Assembly: GCA_035288465.1 (NCBI GenBank)
Contig: DATEAH010000009.1
Span: forward strand, 77,951 to 116,583
Reading direction: 5' to 3'
Length of the DNA: 38,633 nucleotides
From: Patescibacteria group bacterium
GTDB taxonomy: Bacteria; Patescibacteriota; UBA1384; DATEAH01
Shown: one piece after another, positions 16,633 through 25,172 of the stretch
Layout of the letters: the number at the start of each line of letters is the position of its first letter
Numbering within the stretch: position 1 is the first letter of the stretch
The notes under the pieces: model-generated
Seen by the model: only the letters and a program-made list of their open reading frames with translations
Database searches by the model: none
Told to the model about the DNA's origin: nothing
Translations under genes and position numbers: made by a program

Positions 16633-16893
16633 ATGGCAGGTCAAGCACTAGACACAATCGTGATTCCGGTCTCGCTTAGTTTTTGTGGTATTAAAAAAGG
16701 GGCACCCAAAACAGGAGGCAAAAAAGATTTAGGTGAATTTGTCTCAAACATGATTTTTGATCGTTTACATAAAATGGGTGTGAATCCAAATGATCACACT
16801 ATAATTATTGAAGATCCACAAAATCCCGAAAATGCGATGGTTTTTTCGATGTTATCACGACCCAAACAAAACCCAAGGAGAAGATCAAGATGA
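16633..16893 (+). CDS. Hypothetical protein (86 aa), first gene of an orphan pair
   Basis: RBS AAGGGAGG lies about 10 nt upstream. The stop overlaps the next start (ATGA). I recognise no family. Confidence 0.5.
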   Translation: MAGQALDTIVIPVSLSFCGIKKGAPKTGGKKDLGEFVSNMIFDRLHKMGVNPNDHTIIIEDPQNPENAMVFSMLSRPKQNPRRRSR

Positions 16894-17387
16894 CACCGCC
16901 TGAAAGTCCAATTGCATTAGCTTGGCAATGTTGGAATATTGCCATACATAGTGGAGACACCGGCGAAATGTTGAATATTGTTGATTCTACTTATCGGGTG
17001 GAGACTATGCAATCCGATAGCGGTGGTACATATTCAGAACAAATTGGGTTGTTCGCTCAAGCGAGAAGATTAGGGTTAACTTCAGCTATTGTATATGCGC
17101 GTGAAATCGCTGATCGTCAATCTTCTGAACGAGCTCAAGTTGCTACTTTTTATCAGCTCGGCATGGAAATTGGGTGGGAAAGCGATTTTTCTAAAAGGGA
17201 GCCGAAAATGCTGGGTTACTCTCGGCAATTGCTTTTAATTTTTGCGGTACGCAACTTGACCCTAATGATTATCGCTGGCGCAATAACAACCTGGCTCAAT
17301 ACGAAACCTGTCGTTTTTGTGCCCTTTATACCGCCGCTTTACAGGCCTATCCAGACTTTACTCATCGTGAAATTTGCGAAGCATTGA
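16890..17387 (+). CDS. Hypothetical protein; the 3' third of the listed frame is doubtful (see the frameshift finding)
   Basis: The ATG overlaps the upstream stop. The first ~100 codons have AT-rich third positions like the rest of the genome. After ~17195 the listed frame becomes hydrophobic with G+C-rich third positions, while the -1 frame stays open to 17470 with host-like codon usage. Confidence 0.45.
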   Translation: MTPPESPIALAWQCWNIAIHSGDTGEMLNIVDSTYRVETMQSDSGGTYSEQIGLFAQARRLGLTSAIVYAREIADRQSSERAQVATFYQLGMEIGWESDFSKREPKMLGYSRQLLLIFAVRNLTLMIIAGAITTWLNTKPVVFVPFIPPLYRPIQTLLIVKFAKH

Positions 17388-17489
17388 ATTTTCCAAATCC
17401 GATGTATCTTGTCAACCATCCCGCAATTTTTCGAACCATAAAACTTATCAGGAAATGGGTTGGTAGATAAAGATAGTTTTCTAATTCAA

Positions 17490-17544
17490 GCCGTTACCAG
17501 GCAATTACCCGAAATGGGTAAAATCCTGAGTCTCGGCTTTTTTT
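17490..17544 (+). terminator. Intrinsic terminator after the orphan pair
   Basis: A long imperfect hairpin reads GCCG..CCAGG..ACCC-gaaat-GGGT..CCTG..CGGC (17490-17537) and is followed by TTTTTTT (17538-17544). Confidence 0.6.
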
Positions 17545-17725
17545 ATGTATATAATGGATTTTAAAATTTTCAAACATGACTTTCTGGTATAATTTTTGAA
17601 ATAATACTTTTGTATATGATATAATAAAATTAATTGTGGATATTTTTAATTCTTATATATTTTAGGGGGGTAAGATTAACATTAAATTCAAAGGCAGAAC
17701 AATAAAATTAATTGTTTCTGTTTTA

Positions 17726-20700
17726 TTGTTAATGGGACAGTTTGGATTTTTTGGTTATATAGTTCTCAAACCACAAAAACCAGCCAAGGCAACCGATCTA
17801 AATGTTAATCCTAATTTTTGGAATCGGTCGGACATGGATTTTGGGACTAAGACGGGTGGGGTTTTGGGCGCCACCAAATTTACCGGAGTGAGCAATAATA
17901 ATTTTTATAGTACCTCCATTACTAATACTACTGATACCACCGAACTTCAGGTTTCCAAGACCATTACAGAAACTCTTAACGGTAGCTGGAATTATCCTGG
18001 TGGCGATTGGGTGATAATCGTTGGCGATTCAGGAAAAATTATCAAATCGACAGATCAAGGATCAACCTGGGCAAGTAAAACTAGCGGCACCGCCAATGCT
18101 CTTTATGGAGTGAGTGCTTCTACTAGTGTGCTTGCTTTTGCGGTTGGCGCCTCAACGACTATTCAAAAATCAACCAACAGTTGGGAAACCTGGGTTTCAA
18201 GCAATACTGGCGCGCCGGCCAAAGATTATTATGCAGTTCATGTTTATTCAGCTACTGCCGCCGTGGCGGTTGGAGCAGACGGCACGATTATTAAAACGAC
18301 GGATTCTGGCGCCAACTGGGTACAAAAAGGCGGTGGGGTGACCGCCGCTCATCTTCGCGGAGTAACCACCGCAGACGGCACGAACTTTTTTGCGGTTGGC
18401 GACGGTGGCGTGATTGTTAGATCTGCGGATGTGGGAGAAACTTGGGGAATAGTTGGCGGAGAGGTAACAACCAATAATTTAAGAGCCACTCGGGCTTTTA
18501 ACACTACCAATGCCTGGGCGGTTGGAGACGCTGGCACAATCCTCTATAGCAGCAACAATGGCGCTAACTGGTCTGCGAAAACGTCCGGTACCACTGAAAA
18601 TCTCTATTGCGTTTATGCTCCAGAAGCGACACGCGTTCGATTTGGAGGTACCAACGGCACTTTTTTATTTACTGATAATACGGGCACTTCTTTTACTGTT
18701 AATCAAAGCCCGGGAATGAATGGCATTATTAGGACAATCAACGGCAGATTTAGAACCAAATATATCGCTGTCGGCGATAGCGGAACGATGAGGATATATA
18801 AATCTGAAGGAGCCACTCCGGCCACAGACAGCCGTTGGTCCACCGTGCTTTTCGAAGACACCAGCCACGATTTAAAGATGCCTTTGGTTGGTTTTATTAA
18901 ACTCAAATTAAGCGGGTTTTTGGCCAATGAATATGCCGAAGTTCGGGTGATGGGTTACACTAATAACACTTCCCAAGAAGCCATTACCCCTATTAATTTA
19001 CTCGGAGGAATCTCTTTTAAGATTTATACTGACAAGATAATGATGGGTGATTTTGCCATCGCCAGGGATGTCGGCAAAACACAGGTGACTATTGACAGCC
19101 AAAACTATATGTTTGACGAAATCTATTTTAACGCCCAGCGCCATGCTACTGTTAGAGAAGGATTTTTATTGATAAATTCAAAAGAAACTTTGGGCCAACA
19201 GGCAGGAAGTAGCACTTCATCCGTTGATTACAAAAATAGGATTGAGATTACGATTAATAGCAATGCCGGCAAGGTTCAGCTTGACCGGTTGTCTTTAGCG
19301 GGGCCGACCGCCCCGGCCAGCAAAAAATCACTTTCTGATTCTTTCCCTGATACTGATAATTTGCAAGCTCTTAGTAATGTCGAATTAACCCAAGCTTCAG
19401 CTAGCCCTTTTACCAAAAACCCCGCTAATCCGATTTTACCAGCCGGAGGCGTTGCCACTAATTATTTATATAGCGGTATTAGAAGCGGCAATACTTTTCA
19501 AGGATGGGGTGGACATTATGGCACTTCAAATGGGCCATACGCCTGGTATCGTTTTTCGGGTACTTATCCGATCACGGGGCAGTTGACGATGGACGGCACG
19601 CCCTTTATCGACACCGGAAATATAAGAAACCGAGAATTTGCCGACCCGAACATATTTTTGGATGATGACGGTTTATATAAAATGATTTTTAATATTTATG
19701 CTTGTTATAACGACCGGGTGTATGCCAACGACGATTACGGGGGGGTGGCACTGGCGATTGGCGGCACCAGTCCGACTGATACTTTTGATATTTATCCCAA
19801 TGCTCAAGATCCGCTTTTACTAATGAGCAGAAGAGGCAATCTTAATCCGTTGGGAGAACTGCCCGATTCGGTAGCCATCACAAAAACAACCGGCTTAAAC
19901 GCTAATGAAAAATATATGATGTATGGCCAATCAAAGCTTGATGTCGCGGGCTCGATGACTAACCGCGAAATGGTTACCTATACCGGTGCTACTCCTTATA
20001 ATGTTACGACTTGGCCAACCGGCAATGTGCCTTTGCCGACCTTTTTGTTTTCAATGGAGCAAGTTCAAATAATACAGCGGGATATTGATGACTATATTTT
20101 AGTTGGCGGACAATCCGGTTCTACCGGTAATCCGTATGTGGTGCGTTCTCGCAGCCCTTATTGGTGGGAGCCAGGCCTGTTTTATCCGATGACTGGCGCC
20201 GGTGGCAGTTGGGAATCAAATAAGGTTTGGTTCCACTTTATGATTCCTAACGAAGAAAGCGGAATTTTTGATTTGTTTTATCGGGCTACGGACGTCGCTG
20301 CTAATGGTAACACCGGCACTGCCACTGCCCGTCTCGATGGTTTCGAATGGATGAGTTTATCGGCGGGCCAGGCCTCCGGCTCGATGAACACCGTAGAAAT
20401 TGTCAAACCAGCCACCGGCTGGAATGAACTTAACCTTAATCTAGATCAAGTAGGCGGTGGCGATAACATTAAAGCCGAGGTTTTAGATGCCGCTGGCAAT
20501 CCCATTGCCGGCTTTACTCAAGCTGAAGCTGATGCCATCACCACTCCCGGCACGTCGGTCAAAGCCAGCTGGAACGGCAATACCTCGCTTAAATCCATTA
20601 CTGGCAACATCAAACTCAAGTTCTATTTCACCAAAGCCGTGAATGCCCCTCGTCTTTACCAATATAAATTATATCCCGGCACAAATCCGACCCTAACCTC

Positions 20701-21346
20701 TCTAAAAGCTGAAAATCGTACCAATCCGGCCGGTACTTCCTTAACTCCCACACTTTCTTGGACATTTCAAGATGCTGATACCAGTGATACGCAAGACGCA
20801 TATCAAGTAATATTAGCCTCGACACAAGCTAATATTAATAATAATGTGGGCGATCTTTGGGATTCTGCAAAAACTACCAGCGCCAATAGTTCTGCCATTG
20901 CCCCGGTGACACTATCCAATGAAACTGTTTATTGGTGGAAAATTCGAACCTGGGATCAAAATGATAATGCCAGTGATTGGTCGCTGGCGCAAACCTTTGC
21001 CACCACCAAAGCTGGACCATCAACTGTAACTGAAATTGTTGATAATTATATTACCAATAATATTAATGTCCCATATTCGATTATTAGATATTTACCAGCA
21101 TCGCTCACTTCAACCTCAAAAGATACTATTGCCCTACAAGAAGAAATCGATAAGCTCAAAGCTGAAATTTGTCCCGGTTCAGCGGCGGATTGTTCTGGCC
21201 TAACTCAGGTAGGAGAAAAAATCATTAATAAACCTTTTGGGGTATCTTCAAATATCGCTTATCCGTGGATGATTTTATCTTTAATTTTAAATTTAACCTG
21301 GATTTTAAGAATTTTAATTACGCGCACCCAACCCTTTATCCCTTAA
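17726..21346 (+). CDS. Large membrane-anchored surface protein with BNR/Ycf48-like beta-propeller, glycoside-hydrolase-like beta-propeller region, Fn3-like (rhamnosidase-N-like) domain and C-terminal TM anchor
   Basis: BNR-type blades at ~17990-18790 include IIKSTDQGSTWASK, IQKSTNSWETWV, IIKTTDSGANWVQK, IVRSADVGETWGIV and ILYSSNNGANWSAK. A region at ~19400-20360 (NPANPILPAGG ... FADPNIFLDDDGLYKMIF ... LFYRATD) resembles GH43/GH130-type folds, with low certainty. An Fn3-like unit at ~20700-21010 reads PTLSWTFQDADTSDTQDAYQVILA..LWDSAKT..ETVYWWKIRTWDQNDNASDWS. The terminal helix is YPWMILSLILNLTWILRILI. The true start may lie upstream (see finding). Confidence 0.8.
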   Translation: MLMGQFGFFGYIVLKPQKPAKATDLNVNPNFWNRSDMDFGTKTGGVLGATKFTGVSNNNFYSTSITNTTDTTELQVSKTITETLNGSWNYPGGDWVIIVGDSGKIIKSTDQGSTWASKTSGTANALYGVSASTSVLAFAVGASTTIQKSTNSWETWVSSNTGAPAKDYYAVHVYSATAAVAVGADGTIIKTTDSGANWVQKGGGVTAAHLRGVTTADGTNFFAVGDGGVIVRSADVGETWGIVGGEVTTNNLRATRAFNTTNAWAVGDAGTILYSSNNGANWSAKTSGTTENLYCVYAPEATRVRFGGTNGTFLFTDNTGTSFTVNQSPGMNGIIRTINGRFRTKYIAVGDSGTMRIYKSEGATPATDSRWSTVLFEDTSHDLKMPLVGFIKLKLSGFLANEYAEVRVMGYTNNTSQEAITPINLLGGISFKIYTDKIMMGDFAIARDVGKTQVTIDSQNYMFDEIYFNAQRHATVREGFLLINSKETLGQQAGSSTSSVDYKNRIEITINSNAGKVQLDRLSLAGPTAPASKKSLSDSFPDTDNLQALSNVELTQASASPFTKNPANPILPAGGVATNYLYSGIRSGNTFQGWGGHYGTSNGPYAWYRFSGTYPITGQLTMDGTPFIDTGNIRNREFADPNIFLDDDGLYKMIFNIYACYNDRVYANDDYGGVALAIGGTSPTDTFDIYPNAQDPLLLMSRRGNLNPLGELPDSVAITKTTGLNANEKYMMYGQSKLDVAGSMTNREMVTYTGATPYNVTTWPTGNVPLPTFLFSMEQVQIIQRDIDDYILVGGQSGSTGNPYVVRSRSPYWWEPGLFYPMTGAGGSWESNKVWFHFMIPNEESGIFDLFYRATDVAANGNTGTATARLDGFEWMSLSAGQASGSMNTVEIVKPATGWNELNLNLDQVGGGDNIKAEVLDAAGNPIAGFTQAEADAITTPGTSVKASWNGNTSLKSITGNIKLKFYFTKAVNAPRLYQYKLYPGTNPTLTSLKAENRTNPAGTSLTPTLSWTFQDADTSDTQDAYQVILASTQANINNNVGDLWDSAKTTSANSSAIAPVTLSNETVYWWKIRTWDQNDNASDWSLAQTFATTKAGPSTVTEIVDNYITNNINVPYSIIRYLPASLTSTSKDTIALQEEIDKLKAEICPGSAADCSGLTQVGEKIINKPFGVSSNIAYPWMILSLILNLTWILRILITRTQPFIP

Positions 21347-21387
21347 AATTTGTTTTTAATAAAAATATAGGAGGAATTTTGGATAAA

Positions 21388-21702
21388 ATGGTTTACTTCA
21401 CCTCTAGAATTATTACCGGGCTTTTAGTTTTATTATTATTTTTTATTACCATTGGTGAAAGTATTATGGGGTTTAATTTGGGTGGATTTTTAATGCTCTT
21501 AGCTTTAGATTTAGTTATTTTATTTTTTACAATTATCGCTTGGCGCAAACCCAAAATTGGCGGGATAATATTTTTAATGCTGGGCATTTTTGCTACTACA
21601 ATGATGATTGTTATGCCTGACCAAATGGATTTAATGCCAATATTAGTTTTTGGGTTGCCGATTATAGTCGCTGGCATTTTATTTTTAATCGAAGGTTTTT
21701 AA
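21388..21702 (+). CDS. Small polytopic membrane protein (~104 aa)
   Basis: I prefer ATG 21388 because GGAGGA at 21370-21375 lies 12 nt upstream. The listed start 21265 would overlap the previous gene by 82 nt. There are three to four hydrophobic helices. Confidence 0.5.
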   Translation: MVYFTSRIITGLLVLLLFFITIGESIMGFNLGGFLMLLALDLVILFFTIIAWRKPKIGGIIFLMLGIFATTMMIVMPDQMDLMPILVFGLPIIVAGILFLIEGF

Positions 21703-21725
21703 CTTAAAATAAATAAGGAGGAAAT

Positions 21726-22073
21726 ATGAACAAGAAAACGCTTTATATTATTGGTTTGGTAATAATTTTTTTAGCAGCAGGTAATTATCTTTTATATCGA
21801 TACAAACCCGATTTATTCGCTTCGGTTTTAACCACTTATGGTAATTTTGAGTTCGCCACTAATCAAAATAATGTTAATGTTTATTGGAAATACCCGGGTA
21901 TTACCACCTATCGATATGCAGGTTCACTGCCAGTTGCACGACAATACAAACTAATTCAATGTAAGCGCGGCGTTACATATAATATCAAGCTGGTAAAAAC
22001 AGGTTTTCGTGATAATTTTTTTAATGCTTTTTGTCCTAAAAGAACCGGCATTATTCTTTTAACACCAAAATAA
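21726..22073 (+). CDS. Hypothetical protein with an N-terminal TM helix
   Basis: Strong RBS AAGGAGG lies 5 nt upstream. The N-terminal helix is LYIIGLVIIFLAAGNYLLY. I recognise no family. Confidence 0.5.
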   Translation: MNKKTLYIIGLVIIFLAAGNYLLYRYKPDLFASVLTTYGNFEFATNQNNVNVYWKYPGITTYRYAGSLPVARQYKLIQCKRGVTYNIKLVKTGFRDNFFNAFCPKRTGIILLTPK

Positions 22074-22101
22074 ATTACTAAACATAAATAGTTAATTTTT
22101 A

Positions 22102-22761
22102 ATGAAAAAAATATATATAATAATAGTTATTTTTTTAATTATAGGTTTGGGAACAATTAGTTATTTTGGATATAAATATTGGCAAAATAAACCTAAATCA
22201 AATAATCAATCTAATACAAACTCTAATTCAAACAATATCCAAACCACCAATCCACCCTTAGAAAGCAAATATGGATTAGTGTTTCCAGTTGATCAATTTA
22301 AAAAACGCCTTTTCAAAAAACCATTTGGAAAATATATCACCTCGCAAAACTCACCGGTTCAACCAGAAAGATTTGCAGGCTTCCATACCGGCGTTGACAT
22401 CGAATATGAGGATATTACTACTGACGTACCAGTTTATGCGATCGCTGATGGAAAGGTTGTTTTATCGCGAACCGTCTCCGGTTATGGAGGAGTTTTCATG
22501 ATCGAAATACAGTTAAATGGAGCAACACACACAGTTTTATATGGCCATATTCGGCCAAGCTCTTTACCAAAAGTTGGCTTAAAAGCTAAAAAAAGTGATC
22601 AATTAGCAGTTTTAGGCACAGGTTATAGTTTGGAAACTGATGGGGAGAGGCGACATTTACATTTTGCTGTATTGTCTAATCACCGACTTGATTTGAGAGG
22701 ATATGTTCAAACCAAATCAGAATTAACGGGTTGGATCGATCCGGCGACTCTATATAATTAA
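22102..22761 (+). CDS. Membrane-anchored M23 (LytM-type) peptidoglycan endopeptidase
   Basis: The N-terminal TM helix is followed by an Asn/Ser-rich linker. The HxxxD motif is FHTGVDIE. The family also shows in VYAIADGKVV, and the terminal HxH motif is RRHLHFAV. Confidence 0.8.
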   Translation: MKKIYIIIVIFLIIGLGTISYFGYKYWQNKPKSNNQSNTNSNSNNIQTTNPPLESKYGLVFPVDQFKKRLFKKPFGKYITSQNSPVQPERFAGFHTGVDIEYEDITTDVPVYAIADGKVVLSRTVSGYGGVFMIEIQLNGATHTVLYGHIRPSSLPKVGLKAKKSDQLAVLGTGYSLETDGERRHLHFAVLSNHRLDLRGYVQTKSELTGWIDPATLYN

Positions 22762-22780
22762 TAATTTTTATTTTAGGGGG

Positions 22781-23113
22781 ATGATGAAAAAACTATCAAA
22801 AAGTTGGTATTTTTGGGGGATTATTATCTTTGGTCTTGGTTTTTGGTGGAATAATTATAATCCTTTGGCGCTATTTCATTCATGTCAATTATTAAGATAC
22901 ACAAATCCGTATTTTAGTTTTACCGGCTGGATATCGGGACAGAGACTTGCCCTAAATAGTTCGTCAAGTATTATTTCGAGTCTCACCCCAAGTTATTGCT
23001 ATTTTCCAACTTTGTTGGGTTTAATAATAATGACGATCGGAATAATTATTCTTATTGTTGCAATTTATAAACATCAATTATCCCGTCAAAAATTACAACC
23101 TAAGCAATTTTAA
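22781..23113 (+). CDS. Hypothetical membrane protein
   Basis: RBS AGGGGG precedes ATGATG. There are two clear hydrophobic helices (WYFWGIIIFGLGFWW and LLGLIIMTIGIIILIVAIY). Confidence 0.45.
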   Translation: MMKKLSKSWYFWGIIIFGLGFWWNNYNPLALFHSCQLLRYTNPYFSFTGWISGQRLALNSSSSIISSLTPSYCYFPTLLGLIIMTIGIIILIVAIYKHQLSRQKLQPKQF

Positions 23114-23124
23114 AATTTAAATAT

Positions 23125-24471
23125 ATGAAAAATAATGCCAAATATCTTTTATTATTAATTTTTTTAGCAGTTATTTCTTTTATTGTTTGGGATAAAAGCC
23201 AATCGACCTCATTAAATCAAGTCGAAAATAAAACTTTCTTAAAAAAAATTGATAAGATTTATCTCGAACCTGCTCTCGATAGCCAATTTAAGCCGCATAT
23301 AAAATTATTTTATGAGGACAATAAAGTCCAATATTCTTTAATTTCCGATAAAAATATGGCAGAAATGGCAATTATTTCCCAAAAGGATAATTTTAGTTTA
23401 GATAAAATCGAAGAAATTACCAAAAATTATCACCCAACGTATATTAAAAAAAATTATAATACTTGGGAAGCTGAAACTAAAACTATTTATTTCTATTCAA
23501 AAACTGCTAATACTCACCAAAAAAAATTATTAGATTATCTTAAACATCAAACCGCTAAGGAAAATTGGACAATGGCTGCTGGTGGAGATATTATGCTTGC
23601 GCGTCATGTTGGCAAAAAAATGCTCGAAGCTTCTAATTGGAATTTACCGTTTTTGAAAATTAAAAATCTTTTTTATTCAGCCGATGTCGCTTTTGCAAAT
23701 TTAGAATCTCCATTTGCTGAAGGAGGACAAAAAATCTTTGAAGGCATGGTTTTTGGAGCCGATCCTAAGGCTGTTTCAGGCTTAAAATATGCCGGCTTTG
23801 ACGTCTTGTCATTGGCTAATAATCATTTTGGAAATCAAGGCAAAAAAGGTATGAACTACACCATGGATTTTTTGACTGAAAATCAAATTAATTATTCTGG
23901 AGCGGGTACAAACCTGACTAAAGCCCGAAGACCCACCTTAATTGACGTTAACGGCTCCAAAATAGCTTTTTTAAGTTATGAAGGGGTAGATTCAACCCCC
24001 CAAAATTACGTTGCCGATGCGACTTCCTCGGGTTTTGCCAAATGGAATTTAAACACATTGGCTCTGGATATTAAAAATGCCAAAAATGAAAAAGCTGAAT
24101 TTATTATCGTCTCCATGCATGCCGGAACAGAATATAAATATTTACCGCGCGACGACCAAAAAGATTTTGCCCGAAAAACCATTGATCTTGGCGCAGATTT
24201 AGTGATTGGACATCACCCGCATCGCATACAAACTTTTGAAAATTATCATGGTAAAATGATTTTTTACAGTTTGGGTAATTTAGTTTTTGACCAAATGTGG
24301 TCAGAACAAACAAAACAGGGCATGGTAATTAAATTTGAGTTTGTTTCGAATCAAATAAAATCATTTCAAATAATTCCGGTGTATATTGAGAATTATCAAC
24401 AACCCAGATTTTGTTCGCAAAATGAAGCCGAACAAATTTTGAATAATATTCTCCCTGATTCTAAGCTTTAA
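23125..24471 (+). CDS. CapA/PgsA-family metallophosphatase-like protein (poly-gamma-glutamate capsule synthesis family) with an N-terminal extension
   Basis: Family motifs are AAGGDIMLARHVG, FANLESPF, SLANNHFGNQGKKG, HAGTEY, GADLVIGHHPHRIQ and FYSLGNLVFDQ. The N-terminal TM helix is followed by a domain of about 140 aa that I cannot assign. Confidence 0.8.
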   Translation: MKNNAKYLLLLIFLAVISFIVWDKSQSTSLNQVENKTFLKKIDKIYLEPALDSQFKPHIKLFYEDNKVQYSLISDKNMAEMAIISQKDNFSLDKIEEITKNYHPTYIKKNYNTWEAETKTIYFYSKTANTHQKKLLDYLKHQTAKENWTMAAGGDIMLARHVGKKMLEASNWNLPFLKIKNLFYSADVAFANLESPFAEGGQKIFEGMVFGADPKAVSGLKYAGFDVLSLANNHFGNQGKKGMNYTMDFLTENQINYSGAGTNLTKARRPTLIDVNGSKIAFLSYEGVDSTPQNYVADATSSGFAKWNLNTLALDIKNAKNEKAEFIIVSMHAGTEYKYLPRDDQKDFARKTIDLGADLVIGHHPHRIQTFENYHGKMIFYSLGNLVFDQMWSEQTKQGMVIKFEFVSNQIKSFQIIPVYIENYQQPRFCSQNEAEQILNNILPDSKL

Positions 24472-24523
24472 GTAATTTTATATTAGTGTTATATTTAAAT
24501 TAGAATTAAATTTTGGAGGAATA

Positions 24524-24889
24524 ATGGATAATTTACCAGATCCTGGTCCTGAAAAATGTATTTTTTGCCAAATTGCCGCCAATAAAAGTCCGGCTGAAGT
24601 TGAATATTCTGACCAAAATGTGGTTGGTTTTTGGGATATTCATGCCCATGCTCCTGTGCATATTCTAATTATTCCCAGAAAACACATTTCTTCGATTGAA
24701 GATGTTAAAGAAGAGGATTGGCCAATTGTCTCCCAAATGTTTAAAGCCGCCCGAGAAATTGCGCACAAGAAAAATCTACACAATAACGGGTATCGCTTGG
24801 TGGTTAATTATGGTATTAACGCGGGCGCTATGGTGGACCATTTGCATTTACACTTATTGGGTGGCAAGAATTTGGGGCCAATCGCTTGA
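24524..24889 (+). CDS. HIT-family (histidine triad) nucleotide hydrolase
   Basis: RBS GGAGGA is present. The motifs are CIFCQI and VHILIIPRKHI, and the triad is HLHLHLLGG. Confidence 0.9.
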   Translation: MDNLPDPGPEKCIFCQIAANKSPAEVEYSDQNVVGFWDIHAHAPVHILIIPRKHISSIEDVKEEDWPIVSQMFKAAREIAHKKNLHNNGYRLVVNYGINAGAMVDHLHLHLLGGKNLGPIA

Positions 24890-24914
24890 AATCTTTATCG
24901 TTTTTGGGTATAAT
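24886..24914 (+). promoter_or_regulatory. Candidate promoter of the rpsU-yqeY-ybeY operon
   Basis: TTGAAA (24886-24891) is followed after 17 nt by TATAAT (24909-24914), about 35 nt upstream of the rpsU GTG. Confidence 0.45.
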
Positions 24915-24948
24915 AGAAAAAGATTAAGAAAGAGAGGTGTTTTAAACC

Positions 24949-25155
24949 GTGTTAGAAGTTAGAAGCAAGAATCGCGAACCGGCGGAAAAGCTTTTCCGCC
25001 GATTTAATCGCTCTGTCCAACAGAGTGGTATTTTAAGTTTGGTCAAAAAGAAAAAATATTATAAAAAGAAGGTTTCTAAAACCGTGAGACGTGACGAAGC
25101 TAAACGTGAACAAATGGTAAAAGAGCTACGTCGAAAAAGAAAAGAAGGTTATTAA
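24949..25155 (+). CDS. rpsU: 30S ribosomal protein bS21
   Basis: GTG start. The sequence VLEVRSKNREPAEKLFRRFNRSVQQSGIL..KKKKYYKKKVSKTVRRDEAKRE has typical S21 length, basic composition and the RRF(N/K)R motif. Confidence 0.85.
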   Translation: MLEVRSKNREPAEKLFRRFNRSVQQSGILSLVKKKKYYKKKVSKTVRRDEAKREQMVKELRRKRKEGY

Positions 25156-25172
25156 TTTTTAATAGGATTAAT

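Noticed and set aside
17636-17644. DnaA-box-like TGTGGATAT as a hint of a replication origin
   Set aside because: It is a single imperfect box with no cluster of boxes, no adjacent dnaA/dnaN and no strand-bias switch in the window.
24696-24962. 88-aa ORF overlapping the HIT gene and the rpsU start
   Set aside because: It lies out of frame inside a confidently identified HIT gene and spans the rpsU promoter. It has no RBS.
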